Below are positions 51,975 through 64,000 of a stretch of DNA of 64,000 bases, piece after piece. The stretch is taken from NCBI GenBank assembly GCA_964016885.1, contig OZ024742.1, positions 293,756,001 through 293,820,000 of the forward strand. Reading direction: 5' to 3'. The notes below the pieces were generated by a model. The model saw nothing but the letters and a program-made list of their open reading frames with translations. It was not told the origin of the DNA and ran no database searches. The position numbers were made by a program, and so were the translations under genes. Origin of the DNA: Eledone cirrhosa. Taxonomy: Eukaryota. The first letter of the stretch is position 1; the number at the start of each line of letters is the position of its first letter.

Positions 51975-52650
51975 GTGTTGTGACATGAAAGATATGATCT
52001 CCAGCCACATCACATAAGTCTAGTAATAAGTGATTCTGATCACTGTTGTGATCAGAGTTATGATCTCCAACCTACATAACAGCAATCTAGGAACAAGTAT
52101 TGTGATCAGAAATATGATTATTGCCAGTCTAGTAACAACTGTTGTGATCAGAGATCATATTACAGAAGCTGATCATAATCTATGTTGTGATCAGAGATAT
52201 GATCTCCAGCCAACATCATATTACAGAAGCTGATCATAATCTATGTTGTGATCAGAGATATGATCTCCAGCCAACATTTTATTACAAAAGCTGTGATCAT
52301 GATCTATGTTATGATCAGAGATATGATCTCCAGCCAACATCACATTATAAAAGCTGTGATCATGCTCTGTACTGTGATCAGATATGATCTTCATCCAACA
52401 TCACATTACAGAGGCTAATCATGATTTCTGTTATGATCTGCAACCAACATCACATTACAGAAGCTGTGATCATGCTCTGTGTTATGATCAGAGATATGAT
52501 ATCCAGCTAACATCACATTAGAGAAGCTGTAATCATGCTGTGTTATGATTGGAGATATGATCTCCAGCCAACATCATATTACAGAAGCTGTAATCATGAT
52601 CTGTGTTCTGATCGGAGATATGATCTCCAGCCAACATCACATTACAGAAA
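51975..52650. repeat. ~61-63-bp GATC-rich minisatellite, ~11 units
   Basis: TGTGATCAGAGATATGATCTCCAGCCAACATCACATTACAGAAGCTGTGATCATG...; unit starts at 52186, 52247, 52310. Confidence 0.9.
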
Positions 52651-53424
52651 CTTAGAAACAATGATTGACAAATGTAGAGAATAAAAATGGAATAAATAAT
52701 GCAAAAGAGTGTTCTCATCATGAGAAAACTTTTTGTTATGTTAAACAATAAAAATGGAAATAAACAGTGTGCATTTGTTATTCATTTTGAGAAAGATATA
52801 CTAAGTCTAACATTATTTCTAAACCAGAAACAGAGAAACAGTAAAGACACAACATTAGACTTAATATTCAGGATAAAATGGATAAATATACACAACAGAG
52901 ATATAAAGCTAGAAATATTTCTGATGACTGACAGATACACTATTCTCTATTGTAATAAATACTAGTTTTTGTTTTGTTTTGTTTGATTTTTTCTGTCTTA
53001 CATGGAAATAAGCACAGATCAAAATCTTGTCTGCTAACCTTTTCAATTTCTACTTTCATAATAAATCTGACCATCCCAGAGTGACTTTTAGCATAGCTTA
53101 ACCTTTTAGTCAGCAGGATCATTTCAAGTAATTTAAGAGAACTCACTTAGAAAATGGTCAAGGAATGAGTAACAAAAGGAGCCAGCCAGCCAAAGCAGAT
53201 TTACTTAACCCATTCTAGTAGGAGGAAGGGATATATAGAAATTACCATTAACGGTTATGAAGCTAATTAGTATAATTGGAAAATGTTGGTGCCACACTTA
53301 GTATAGACTGTTAAATGGTTGATTATCAATGGTATTACTGTAGAGTAGAAGACTCCCAGTCACATAAAGGACTCACTAGTGTTAGTACCACAATAAAATA
53401 CACTGAGAACACTTAAGTGATTGA

Positions 53425-53570
53425 TGATCCAACGATAACAATGTAGCCTCGTGAGCTGGAATAGCTCTTCCAGCGCATCTCCCTCACCATCCTCTGGGGA
53501 AACGCCTTCTCTATTTTGTCCGCTGGGGCCGTGGGGCAGCCAGCACGTGGGCCCCCATTTGCTCATAACA
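53425..53570 (+). pseudogene. Extreme C-terminal fragment of a CRE-clade non-LTR retrotransposon
   Basis: Translation PRELE*LFQRISLTILWGNAFSILSAG matches the QR.S.A..RGNA motif; GC-rich island. Confidence 0.65.
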
Positions 53571-54762
53571 GTGATTCTGGGATTAACATTAGTTAAAAAG
53601 GGTAACCAGCTGTAGAAACCATGACAAAAAAAAACAACAAAATAGAGTAGAAAGGATTCTTCAGTCACACTAAGGACATAAATAACCTCACTGGTGTTGG
53701 GTGCCATAATACACTAAATATTGTAGAGTAATTGGCATTAGGAACGGTATCTGACCAAAGAAACCATGCCAAAAAAGGACCTGTATAAGCAAGATATAGT
53801 TGCCCAGCCTGACTAGGTTCACAGTAACTTTTAATAAGAACTGATTTGGAGTATAAAGATCCATCCAACCCATGCCAGGATGGGAAGACAATTGTAAAAT
53901 TATGGAAAAAATGTTTTCATACATTCCCATGCAAGAGGGTTGAAATGAACATGCTTCCCACTCCTACATGACTCCATCTATTTTTTTTCCTCACTTTAAT
54001 CCACATTCTTTGACTATCCCCTCCCTTCACAATCTCAGTAAGTCTCCATCCTTTGGTCTCCCTCTGCTCACATCCTTCACCCCACCCTTTCTTCATGCAA
54101 CTTATGCCAGCATGGAAAAAATGTGCTCTTCCTCCCACCACACATTGTGCTTCCCCCTCCCATCCACATCAACTTCCTTTGTCCAACCCATGCCAGCATG
54201 AAAAGCCAAGCATGCCCCACAATATATAGCCAGATACAGCTCACCCTCTTCAGGGGGTGATGTAGAAAAGCAGGGGGTGGAAGCAGAGGAAAAGGAAGAA
54301 GGGGAAAGCAGCAAAGGAGGAGACGGGGAGGAGACAGGGGGGAGGGGGGGGGGGGTCACTGACTACATAATACCAAAATACCTCCCCCATCAAAGAATAC
54401 CTAAATTGAACATCTGTTAATTGAACGAAGCTAATTTCAGTTCTTGCCATTTAAAATAACACATGCCAGCATGGAAAAACTGACATTAAATGATGAAGAT
54501 ACTGTCAAACCCATAGAAGAATTCTGACAATAAGAAAGTCATTCAGCCATGAACAGTTTAATAGAACTCATATAAAAATCTAAACTAGATGTTTGTTTTT
54601 TTTGTTCATGGTAACTAGACATGTACAAAAAAACAAACTTGATTCTATTCATTTCATATTTCAATGAAAGTCAAACTACAACCTAGAGATCTTTATCATG
54701 AACAAAAGGAGACTTGATTAGTTTTCATCCCTTTAACTCTTAAAGTCCTCAACATGATACAG

Positions 54763-55047
54763 CATAGGTTCTCAAAGTGGGCATTGAGAAGGTCCAGGGG
54801 GTACTGGGGGGAATGGTAGAGATGATATAATAGTTATATTAAATATCAAATGATACATATCATATAGTAAAATAAAAAATATATAATATTTATTTATACA
54901 TAGTATATATTACATATTTATTATAAATAAATTAACGATTTTACTTATATATTATTTACAATTTGTATGTAGGCAGGTCTCTCTCTGGAAATAGGGTGAG
55001 GAGTGCTGATGGTATAACGTGGCCAGGAGGGGGGTTGAGAACCTCTA
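54763..55047. mobile_element. hAT (Charlie-like) MITE with a perfect 8-bp TSD
   Basis: TIRs CATAGGTTCTCAA / TTGAGAACCTCTA; TGATACAG at 54755-54762 and 55048-55055. Confidence 0.8.
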
Positions 55048-55592
55048 TGATACAGCATTAGCAAGACCTCCTTGTAAAGTACAAAACAGCACTGCAACAG
55101 CATCACATTAAGAATTAAAATTTAATTTACTGCAAATTTTCACAATGATCTGTCCATCAGTAAAGATACTATATTTGAATAAATAGACTGTATTTTCTGC
55201 TAAATCATTACAGGATGTTAAGAATTCATATCAACCTGAGACCAAGATATTAAAATATTCATATTTAAATTCAACTCAATTATGTTCCTTCTTTTCTGAA
55301 GAGGTTGGAGATCTCTCATTTCCAATGTAGTTAGCCTCAAAGACATATTTCCATTGTTTTATTAAGTGGGTGCTCAATTCCTTGCTCACAATTGTTCTTG
55401 TCCTTCAGTTATACACGAGTAGGAGCCTCAATTCCTTACTCCTTTGCAGATTCTTTAAGAGACCACGGCTGATTCGGATGCCACTCAATTTAGAGCATCT
55501 AATTAACCTTTTCTTGGACAATGATCATTGGGCTACTAAGAAGATAGTAACCCCAAACAAAAAATGGAGCAAACTCTGACAACCATCTAAAC

Positions 55593-55760
55593 CAATGTTT
55601 CTCAACCTTTTTTGTGCTACATCCCACTTTTATTTCCCCCTAAAAAGTGTGCATCTCACCTTGATTAGACAAAGTTTGTATATTGTACAGTATATAAGCT
55701 CCACCAAATTATTGCCATGTCCCACAGATGGGGCATACAGCCCCATCTTGGTAAACCCTG
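55593..55760. mobile_element. Degenerate hAT-like MITE
   Basis: CAATGTTTCTCAACC start and TTGGTAAACCCTG end. Confidence 0.45.
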
Positions 55761-56179
55761 CATGGAAAATCAGATGTCAAACTTTTGATATGATGGTGGT
55801 GGTATATGTTTTAACATTTTCATTACCATTTCTAATGAAAAACGCTGCCTTTGATGTCCAAATATTTTCTTTAAATAATCAAGAATTCAGTAGTTTTAAG
55901 AAGAATTCTCATTTTTGGAACAAAGGCTCTGACATAAAATTATGATAAAAGGTTTTTAAATTAACATAAATGCTTTAAAATAAACAGTTTTGTATTATAG
56001 AACCAGGGGCAGTTTCAGGCAGTTTTGTATCAAAAGGATTAAACAATATCTAAATCTTCACATCTTCCTTTAAAAAGAATGGGAAGAAATAAATCAATCG
56101 TTATAAAAGCTTAGAATTGGTGAGAAGGTCCTTAGATGCAAATGACAGCTTGGATCAATTCCACTACATTATATAAATG

Positions 56180-56210
<31 letters not shown>

Positions 56211-56537
56211 ATAGAAGGAAGTTCTATGTGATGACAATAGCTTCCATTATCAGTATTTGAATTGGTTCATCAAACATGCAATCCATGTCAGCAACATATA
56301 ATAGATTATAGAATACTATTAGTATACAATACTGGCCAGACATCTCTTCTCTTTTCTCAACCAATCCATCACGTTCCTCCTTAAAGTTCTTCTGTGTATT
56401 ATATATATATATAAATATATATATACACACACACACACACATATATATACACACACATATATGAGTGTATATATACATATATATATATGTGTGTGTGTAT
56501 ATATGTGTGTATATATGTGTATATGTGTGTGTATATA

Positions 56538-56572
<35 letters not shown>

Positions 56573-56997
56573 GAATGTATGTGTGCATATATTATGTGTA
56601 CTAACATTACTTTCAAGTTTATAAACTTTTCTCTTAGTCTTAGTAATTTAAAAGCAATTTTCTTAACTGCTTAAAACACCTGTTTGTACAATGTATTTTC
56701 CTTTGAAATGAACTGTTAGGATACGATTAGTTTAAAGAATCAGCCATGAGTGAAACATTATAGGCACCGTTTTTATAATTAACATGCTAAGATCAGGAAA
56801 GAATTAAACTCTAAGATTAGCAAATAACCAATATTTTCATCACCAATCATCAAAATATAATTATTACCTACTACTCATATAAGCCACACCATGTTACACA
56901 CAATATATACAATATATTGTATATTTTAAATTAAAGTTTTGTAGGTACACTAGTCGATAAGTCACATTTTTTCATAGAGAAAAGTGTGTCCTATACA

Positions 56998-57315
56998 CAG
57001 GGTTGGCTTTAGACCTTGGGTGATCCTAGGACACTTCAGGTTTGAGGGGCCCCCCTCATACACAAAAAATTAGAATGCATAGCAAGCCCCTATCCCCTCG
57101 ATTTTACATATCAAAGTTACCTTGGCGTAAGTAATTGGAATTGAAAAGTTATACATACAGATATTAAATAAAAAAATTCTAACCACCCTAAAACTAAAAA
57201 TCCTAACAGAGAGCACAAATAAATTACTATGGCCATCACTGGTGCCCCCCCCCCCCCCCCACTGCAGGGGGACCGAGGCAATTGTTTCTTTTGCCCTCTA
57301 TTAAATCCGACCCTG
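56998..57315. mobile_element. hAT-like MITE
   Basis: TIRs CAGGGTTGGCTTTA / TAAATCCGACCCTG; 7/8 TSD CCTATACA / ACTATACA. Confidence 0.75.
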
Positions 57316-57374
57316 ACTATACACAAGTTGTTAAAGTCTGTTCCAAGCCGTTCAGATAAATAAAAAGACTTTAA

Positions 57375-57582
57375 CCCTTTAGCATTCAAACCAGCCATAT
57401 CCGGCCACCTCTTTCTGTTCAAACTAGCCATAACCACTCATACTGATGTTAACATATTGTTTTCAAAATATGTAACATCATCAAAATATTGTAGCTTTGA
57501 TATTATGCGAGATGATTATGTGAGGTAAAGCCTTTACTCTGAAAATACATAGTAAATATAGAGTAATATCAATACTAAAGGG
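57375..57582. mobile_element. piggyBac-like MITE family A inserted into a family-B relic
   Basis: TTAA on both sides; flanks AGATAAATAAAAAGACT and AGTTTTGTATGATAGAAC are contiguous in family B. Confidence 0.8.
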
Positions 57583-57996
57583 TTAAGGCAAAGTTTTGTA
57601 TGATAGAACTAGGAATAGTTTCAAATAATTTTGTTTCAATAGCAATACAACATTCAGCTGTAAAACTGTCTTTGTGTTTGTGTGGGGGTTTTATTAGCCA
57701 AGATGTGTTCAGATAGTTTATGTGCCTATGTGTTTGATAAAAATCAATGTGATTTTCTAGTTGTCTGAAATTAATTCTAAGTGTGAAGACTGATGTCAAA
57801 TGAAGTAAGAGAATAATTTAAGAAGTAAAAAGAAGAAAATGTTTGATACTGAATAAGCGAAATGTTATGGACACATGTGAATGAAAGATGAGAGCTGATT
57901 AAGAGAATTATTGGCTGGAAGGTAAAGTCAAAGAAATATTTTATGAAGCATGAGAAGGTGAAATCTAGAAGTTTTCTCATTTGTTTGTTACTTATT

Positions 57997-58013
57997 GAGA
58001 GAGAGAGAAAGAG

Positions 58014-58108
<95 letters not shown>

Positions 58109-59826
58109 TAGAGAGTGAGAGAGAGAGATAGAGAGTGAGAGAGAGAGAGATAGAGAGTGAGAGAGAGAGCAAGAGAGAGATAGAGAGTAAGAGAGAGATA
58201 GAGAGCAAGAGAGAGAGAGCAAGAGAGAGAGAGAGCAAGAGAGAGAGAGAGCAAGAGAGAGAGAGAGCAAGAGAGAGAGAGAGCAAGAGAGAGAGAGAGA
58301 GCAAGAGAGAGAGAGAGCAAGAGAGAGAGCAAGAGAGAGAGAGAGCAAGAGAGAGAGAGAGAGCAAGAGAGAGAGAGCAAGAGAGAGAGCAAGAGAGAGA
58401 GAGCGAGAGAGAGAGAGAGAGCGAGAGAGTAGAGCAAGAGAGAGAGCAAGAGAGAGAGCAAGAGAGAGAGCAAGAGAGAGAGCAAGAGAGAGAGAGAGAG
58501 CGAGAGAGAGAGAGAGCGAGAGAGAGAGCGAGAGAGAGCGCAAGAGAGAGCGCAAGAGAGAGCGCAAGAGAGAGAGAGAGAGCAAGAGCGCAAGAGAGAG
58601 AGAGAGAGCAAGAGCGCAAGAGAGAGAGAGAGAGCAAGAGCGCAAGAGAGAGAGAGAGAGCAAGAGCGCAATGAGAGAGAGAGAGAGAGCAAGAGCGCAA
58701 GAGAGAGAGAGAGAGAGCAAGAGCGCAAGAGAGAGAGAGAGAGAGCAAGAGCGCAAGAGAGAGAGAGAGAGCAAGAGCGCAAGAGAGAGATGAGAGCAAG
58801 AGCGCAAGAGAGAGAGAGAGAGAGCAAGAGCGCAAGAGAGAGAGAGAGAGAGCAAGAGCGCAAGAGAGAGAGAGGAGAGTGCAAGAGCGCAAGAGAGAGA
58901 GAGAGAGCAAGAGCGCAAGAGAGAGAGAGAGCAAGAGCGCAAGAGAGAGAGAGAGCAAGAGCGCAAGAGAGAGAGCAAGCAAGAGAGAGAGAGAGAGAGA
59001 GAGCAAGAGAGAGAGAGAGAGAGAGAGAGCAAGCAAGAGAGAGAGAGAGAGCAAGCAAGAGAGAGAGAGAGCAAGCAAGAGAGAGAGAGAGCAAGCAAGA
59101 GAGAGAGAGAGAGAGCAAGCAAGAGAGAGAGAGAGAGAGAGAGCAAGCAAGAGAGAGAGAGAGAGAGAGAGAGCAAGCAAGAGAGAGAGAGAGAGAGAGC
59201 AAGCAAGAGAGAGAGAGAGCAAGCAAAGAGAGAGAGAGAGAGAGAGAGAGCAAGCAAGAGAGAGAGAGAGAGAGAGCAAGCAAGAGAGAGAGAGCAAGCA
59301 AGAGAGAGAGAGAGAGAGCAAGCAAGAGAGAGAGAGCAAGCAAGAGAGAGAGAGCAAGAGAGTGAGAGAGCGAGCAAGAGAGAGAGAGAGAGGAGCGAGC
59401 AAGAGAGAGAGAGAGAGAGCGAGCAAGAGAGAGAGAGAGAGAGAGCGAGCGATGAGAGCGAGAGAGTGAGAGAGAAAGCGAGAGAGAAAGCGAGAGAGAA
59501 AGCGAGAGAGCGAGAGAGCGAGAGAGAGAGCGAGCGAGAGAGAGAGAGCGAGAGAGAGAGAGAGCGAGAGAGGAGAGAGAGAGTGAGAGAGAGAGAGCGA
59601 GCAAGAGAGAGAGCGAGCAAGAGAGAGAGAGCAAGAGAGCGAGCGAGAGAGAGAGAGCAAGAGAGCGAGAGAGAGAGAGCAAGAGAGCGAGCGAGAGAGA
59701 GAGAGAGCAAGAGAGCGAGAGAGCAAGAGAGCAAGAGAGAGAGCAAGAGAGAGAGCAAGAGAGAGAGCAAGAGAGAGAGCAAGAGAGAGAGGCGAGAGAG
59801 AGAGCGAGAGAGAGAGCGAGAGAGAG
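57997..59826. repeat. ~1.8-kb (GA)n-based compound microsatellite
   Basis: Pure (GA)n followed by blocks interrupted by GCAA, GCGCAA, GCAAGCAA and GCGA. Confidence 0.97.
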
Positions 59827-60194
59827 TTGATCAGTATTATTATATAGTTATTTTTTACATCCACTTTTCAATGCTGGCATAAATTAAATGAGACTTTTTC
59901 TTGTTGAAGCAGAATTCTACAGCTTACAAACACTAACCCTTAATTTTAAATAATCTACTGGTTTCACTGAACTCCCCATATTAAACTGCTGAGCTGTGAG
60001 ACAAATAGCAGCAGTTGTTTTCATGATGAGGTCATTATAAAGAGACATACACAAAATACAGACATCCTATAAGCACTTCCTTCACCCGCTTCCATACACC
60101 TTCACATCATAACACCCCTCCCATAACACTCCATCCCGAGATCTACCTCCCCAATCATCCCGAGATCTACCTCCCCAATCACCCCCAAATCCCT

Positions 60195-60472
60195 AGCCCA
60201 CTCTGTAAAGCAGTTGTGTAGGTATCACAACAAAAAACACCCAGTCCACATTATAAAGTGGTTGTGTAGGTGACATGACAAAAAGCACCCAGTACACACT
60301 GTAAATGTGGTTGGTGTTAGGAAGGGCATCCATCCATAGAAACCAAGCCAAAACCAGTTCTGTATGAGCAAGACATGATCATCGGATCTGGCTTGTCTCA
60401 CAACAGGGCAACTCATTTAAGCCCTGTTAGCGTGAAAAATGGATGTTAAACAGTGATAAAGATGATGATGAT
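60195..60472 (+). mobile_element. RTE family-1 3' UTR / SINE tail copy
   Basis: Reverse complement of 7259-7520, ending GATGATGATGAT. Confidence 0.75.
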
Positions 60473-60842
60473 ACATAAACAAACAAACTTCCTTTTTTAT
60501 CAATCAGTATTATAGATTAGTCTTTGCTAACTATGTATTTTATATTCAGTTTTCTGATTTATTTATCTACCTTAATCATTTTTCTAGATGTGTAGGGGGT
60601 CAATGAAGGGTTCAGACTCCATGACTAAGTCTATTGTTTAAAAGTTTCTGACATACAGGCACACTCGTGTGATGACAATGATGATGTACAGTAAGATCAA
60701 TTACCTAAGTAAAGAAAAAAGAAAAACAAGAGTTAGGGTCAGGAAAGGTATCCAGTCATAAAATGCTGCCTCAAAAATGTCATCCAGCCCATGCCAGCAG
60801 AGAAAATTGGACATAATAATGGTGATCATCCTAATGATAATA

Positions 60843-61031
60843 ATTGTTTCTACTTTTGGCACAAGGCCAGCAATTATCCCAGTGTATTACTGGTACTTTA
60901 TTTTATCGACCCCGTAAGGATGAAAAGCAAAGTTAACCTCGGCGGGATTTGAAATCAGACCATAAAGGGCCGTAACTTTTTGCTGCAAAGCATGGCGTCC
61001 GACTCTCTACCGATACTGCCAATCCACCGCC
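60843..61031 (-). mobile_element. Young full-length SINE family 1
   Basis: CpG-rich match to 46796-46980; flanked by ATGATAATAAT repeats. Confidence 0.9.
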
Positions 61032-62282
61032 TTATGATAATAATGATAATAATGATGAGACAACAACATACACTTGAGACAAATACAGAAAGCTTCTGTA
61101 TAAAATAAAAATAACATGTAAGAGATGATTGGATATAAAAAGGAACCATCAGTAAAATAGAGAATGGAAGAAGGAAATGAAAAAAGAATGTTACACAATT
61201 TCCTCATACAATTAATGTCTGCAATTTTAACAGTTGTTTTCTATAGACATTGTTGTATAACTAATATATCTGTCTCTCTCTCTGTCTCTCTCACACACAC
61301 CCTCTCTCTAACATCTGCAGTTATTACAGTTACTATGGATGTTGTATAACCTGTGTCTCATCAATGCTGATGATGTGAAGAATTAGTTGCAGAAAAAAAA
61401 CACATTGTTGAACATCACTTTTCTCTTCTACAGTACCAACATTTTACTATATAGTATTAAGTCTGTGTGTGTATATGTCGATTGAGAGAGAAACTAGGAA
61501 TAAGAGGAGTCAGATGTAAGAAAAGGAGACTTCAATGGTATGAACACGTGATGCATAGGGGAGATGACAACTGTATGGAGAAGTATAAGGCACTCTAAAT
61601 TGATGGAAACTATGGAAGAGGTAGACCAAGGAAAGCTTTGGATGATGAGGTAAAAGTTGACCTCATGCCATTAAATCTCACGAAGGAGATGAGACAGGAT
61701 TGAGTTGACTGGTGACATGCCATACTAGAGGACCTACCTTCTCACAGGTACAGGATGAAACAAATGTGACGACAGCAGTGATAAAGCAGTAGGACAACAC
61801 TTAGGTCCCCACCTACCAGTTTGCACTCATTTCCCCCATCCATTTTGCCCCACCCTACTTTCTAAGTACTGAACTTCAGCCCTTCCTACCCACTTCCTCC
61901 ATCCCTAGCTTGCTCTTCCAGCACTTTCCAACATAGAAAGACAGCTCCTTCCAACCCCTCTCCTAGCCAAGCCAAACCAACACCAATACACAAGGATAAA
62001 CACATTCCAACTCTCCCTTCCAAATCATGGAAAGTTGATGTGTTTTGCTCAAGAACATAACATGCCACATGGTCTAAAAACTGAACCCACGACATTATGA
62101 TTGTAAGTCCAACATCTTAACCACTAAGCCATGTGACTTCAGTAATTACTGTAATTAATATTATTATTATTATACGATAAAATAAAGTACCAGTAATATA
62201 CTGAGTTATATACTGCCAAAAGTAGAAACAATTATTATTATACTATAAACTGTATATAAGATTTAACATTTAATATTGTTAT

Positions 62283-62492
62283 AGGCAGTATCAGTTGAGT
62301 ATCGGACACCATGCTTTGCGGTGTAGAGTTACGGCCCTTTACGTTCCGAGTTCAAATCCCACCAAGGTTAGCTTTGCCTTTCATCCTTACGAGGTCGATA
62401 AAATAAGGTACCAGTAATGTACTGGGGTTGATTTTTTCTACTTTTCCCTCCCCACAAAAATTGTTGGCCTTGTGCCTAAATCAGAAACCAAT
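62283..62492 (+). mobile_element. SINE family 1 (longer variant)
   Basis: GGCAGTATC...GAGTTCAAATCCCACCAAGG...GTCGATAAAATAAGGTACCAGT. Confidence 0.8.
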
Positions 62493-63320
62493 ATTGTTAT
62501 AAACTGTATAATACTAGATATACTGATGGTGTGTGTTTTCGTCTATTTTTATACAGATACATATATAACAGAGGTGAGAGAGAGTAGATAATTTCAATAA
62601 ATGAACAAAAACAGCATTATGATTGCATCACATTAAAAATTAAAGTCGTTTGTAAAAATTTTTCAAAGATATATTTTCTAGAAAAATCCTGTAAATATTT
62701 GAATTAACAAATCTATTTTTAGATATTTTCTGCTTAAGACTTAATTAATGAGTAGTTTGCAGAGATAAGATATTTGTAACATAACAAAAGGTTTTTATAT
62801 AAAATTGTGTTGGAAAATTTTAATTTCACCCTTTAGGTGGTTTTGTTTTAGAAGGAGAATCTATTCATATAAAAATAGAAACATTAAATTTTTATTAAAT
62901 TTTAAGGTACCTTATCTCACAATACCTGCAGGGCTTCCACTTTGGGAAATACTAGCTTAGGTGATATGTCACTTGAAGATTAAAATACATTTGTTGACAT
63001 AACTTTGTACTTGTTGAGTGTTCAGCCTTAATCTGCTCTAGATCAAAATCTATCACTACCACATATTAGTTAACCCTTTCATCACTCAGCTGAAAATGAG
63101 TACCAGCAGTACCTGGGGGTTTAACCCTGCGATGAACTGGTGTCAAGTCCAGAGGGAGTCTTGTATTCTCAGTCACTTCACACCATGAAACCAGGATAAG
63201 ATCTGACCAGACGAGCCTCCTGAATTAAGATAGACTTTAGACTTAGACAGCTAGACTGAACCTTTTACAAAGAACTTTGTTTCCACTTAGATTAATTTAT
63301 GTTTTTGTTAAGGTAATTAA

Positions 63321-63523
63321 CCCTTTAGCATTTACATTACTCTATATATACTACTGTATTTGTGTGGTAAAGGCTTTATCATACATGATATCGAATCTAT
63401 GATTTTGATATTTATTTTGAGGACAATACCTTAACATCAGTATGAGCAGCCAGTTACAGCCAGTTTTAACAGAAAGAGGTGAGAGAATTCTGGCTGGATA
63501 TGGGCGGCTTAAATGCTAAAGGG
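63321..63523. mobile_element. piggyBac-like MITE family A
   Basis: TTAA|CCCTTTAGCATTTAC...AAATGCTAAAGGG. Confidence 0.85.
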
Positions 63524-63632
63524 GGAAAAAAAGAGGAAAACCTATCACTAAAATACAAAGAACTATTAAATTATTGGTATATATTATGATCATGATCTAA
63601 TAATTCCAATGATACAATGATGAATTAAAAAA

Positions 63633-63790
63633 ATATTTAATAACCTACCAAAATATCTGAGATCTACATGGTGTACATGTAGATGTTTCCAAAAGACATC
63701 TGGACATTCTACGGACCAAGATCCCGGATGAACCCACAGCACGAGGTGAAGCACAAATAAGAGCAACAAACTCCCTTTTGCACCAATGGC
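63633..63790 (+). pseudogene. C-terminal fragment of a CR1/L2-group LINE ORF2
   Basis: IFNNLPKYL/DLHGVHVDVSKRHLDILRTKIPDEPT...RATNSLLHQ with one frameshift; resembles the FN.LP...FK..LD..L..IPDEP C-terminus. Confidence 0.55.
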
Positions 63791-63935
63791 CAACCAGGAA
63801 AGGTTGGCTATAGAAAGTGTAGCATCGATAGCAGTGCCCAAGCATGGCCTCAGCCCCTCGACTGGAACACATAATAGAATAATAGAGTAACTATTGTCTT
63901 AGTTGACAATGACCACAGAAATTCCACAGAGCCAG

Positions 63936-64000
63936 TTCTTCTTCGCCCACTTATTCCTGAGAGTGCCATGGGGGCAGAGTCAGCAAACACTCTTTCCAGT
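63936..64000 (-). mobile_element. RTE LINE family-2 3' end, running off the window
   Basis: TTCTTCTTCGCCCACTTATTCCTGAGAG...GGGGGCAGAG. Confidence 0.75.

Noticed and set aside
52030-52748. Repetitive short ORFs (DHNLCCDQRYDLQPT)
   Set aside because: Unit length varies between 61 and 63 bp, so frame is not preserved; frequent stops.
55370-55579. Possible coding exon after CCTTTGCAG
   Set aside because: No recognisable protein motif or downstream donor; cannot be supported.
57777-59882. Long Leu/Ser/Ala- or Arg/Glu-rich ORFs (up to 695 aa)
   Set aside because: Stop-free read-through of a (GA)n compound microsatellite, open in several frames and on both strands.

Overview
AT-rich, repeat-saturated eukaryotic DNA, not prokaryotic. 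The SINE, RTE and MITE families and the microsatellite load look like an octopus/cephalopod genome (inference). I find no intact host protein-coding exon, rRNA, tRNA gene or CRISPR array. Most ORF-track entries are microsatellite read-through or transposon debris. The best-resolved structure is a Chapaev3-type (CMC, RAG1/Transib-related) DNA transposon at 7048-10130 with 12-bp TIRs and a TAA target duplication. A 5'-truncated RTE LINE, with a PHD-like finger just after YADD, is nested in its 3' UTR. Also present: a non-autonomous Helitron carrying a 37-bp minisatellite, two TTAA-targeting piggyBac-like MITE families that nest in each other, hAT and Tc1/mariner relics, CRE-clade and CR1/L2-type LINE tails, and three tRNA-derived SINE families, one of which shares its 3' tail with the RTE LINE. 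A candidate TATA promoter and short non-coding first exon (minus strand, ~1784-1884) may start a gene running off the left edge. I see no evidence of a new multi-gene system; the interest here lies in transposon architecture.
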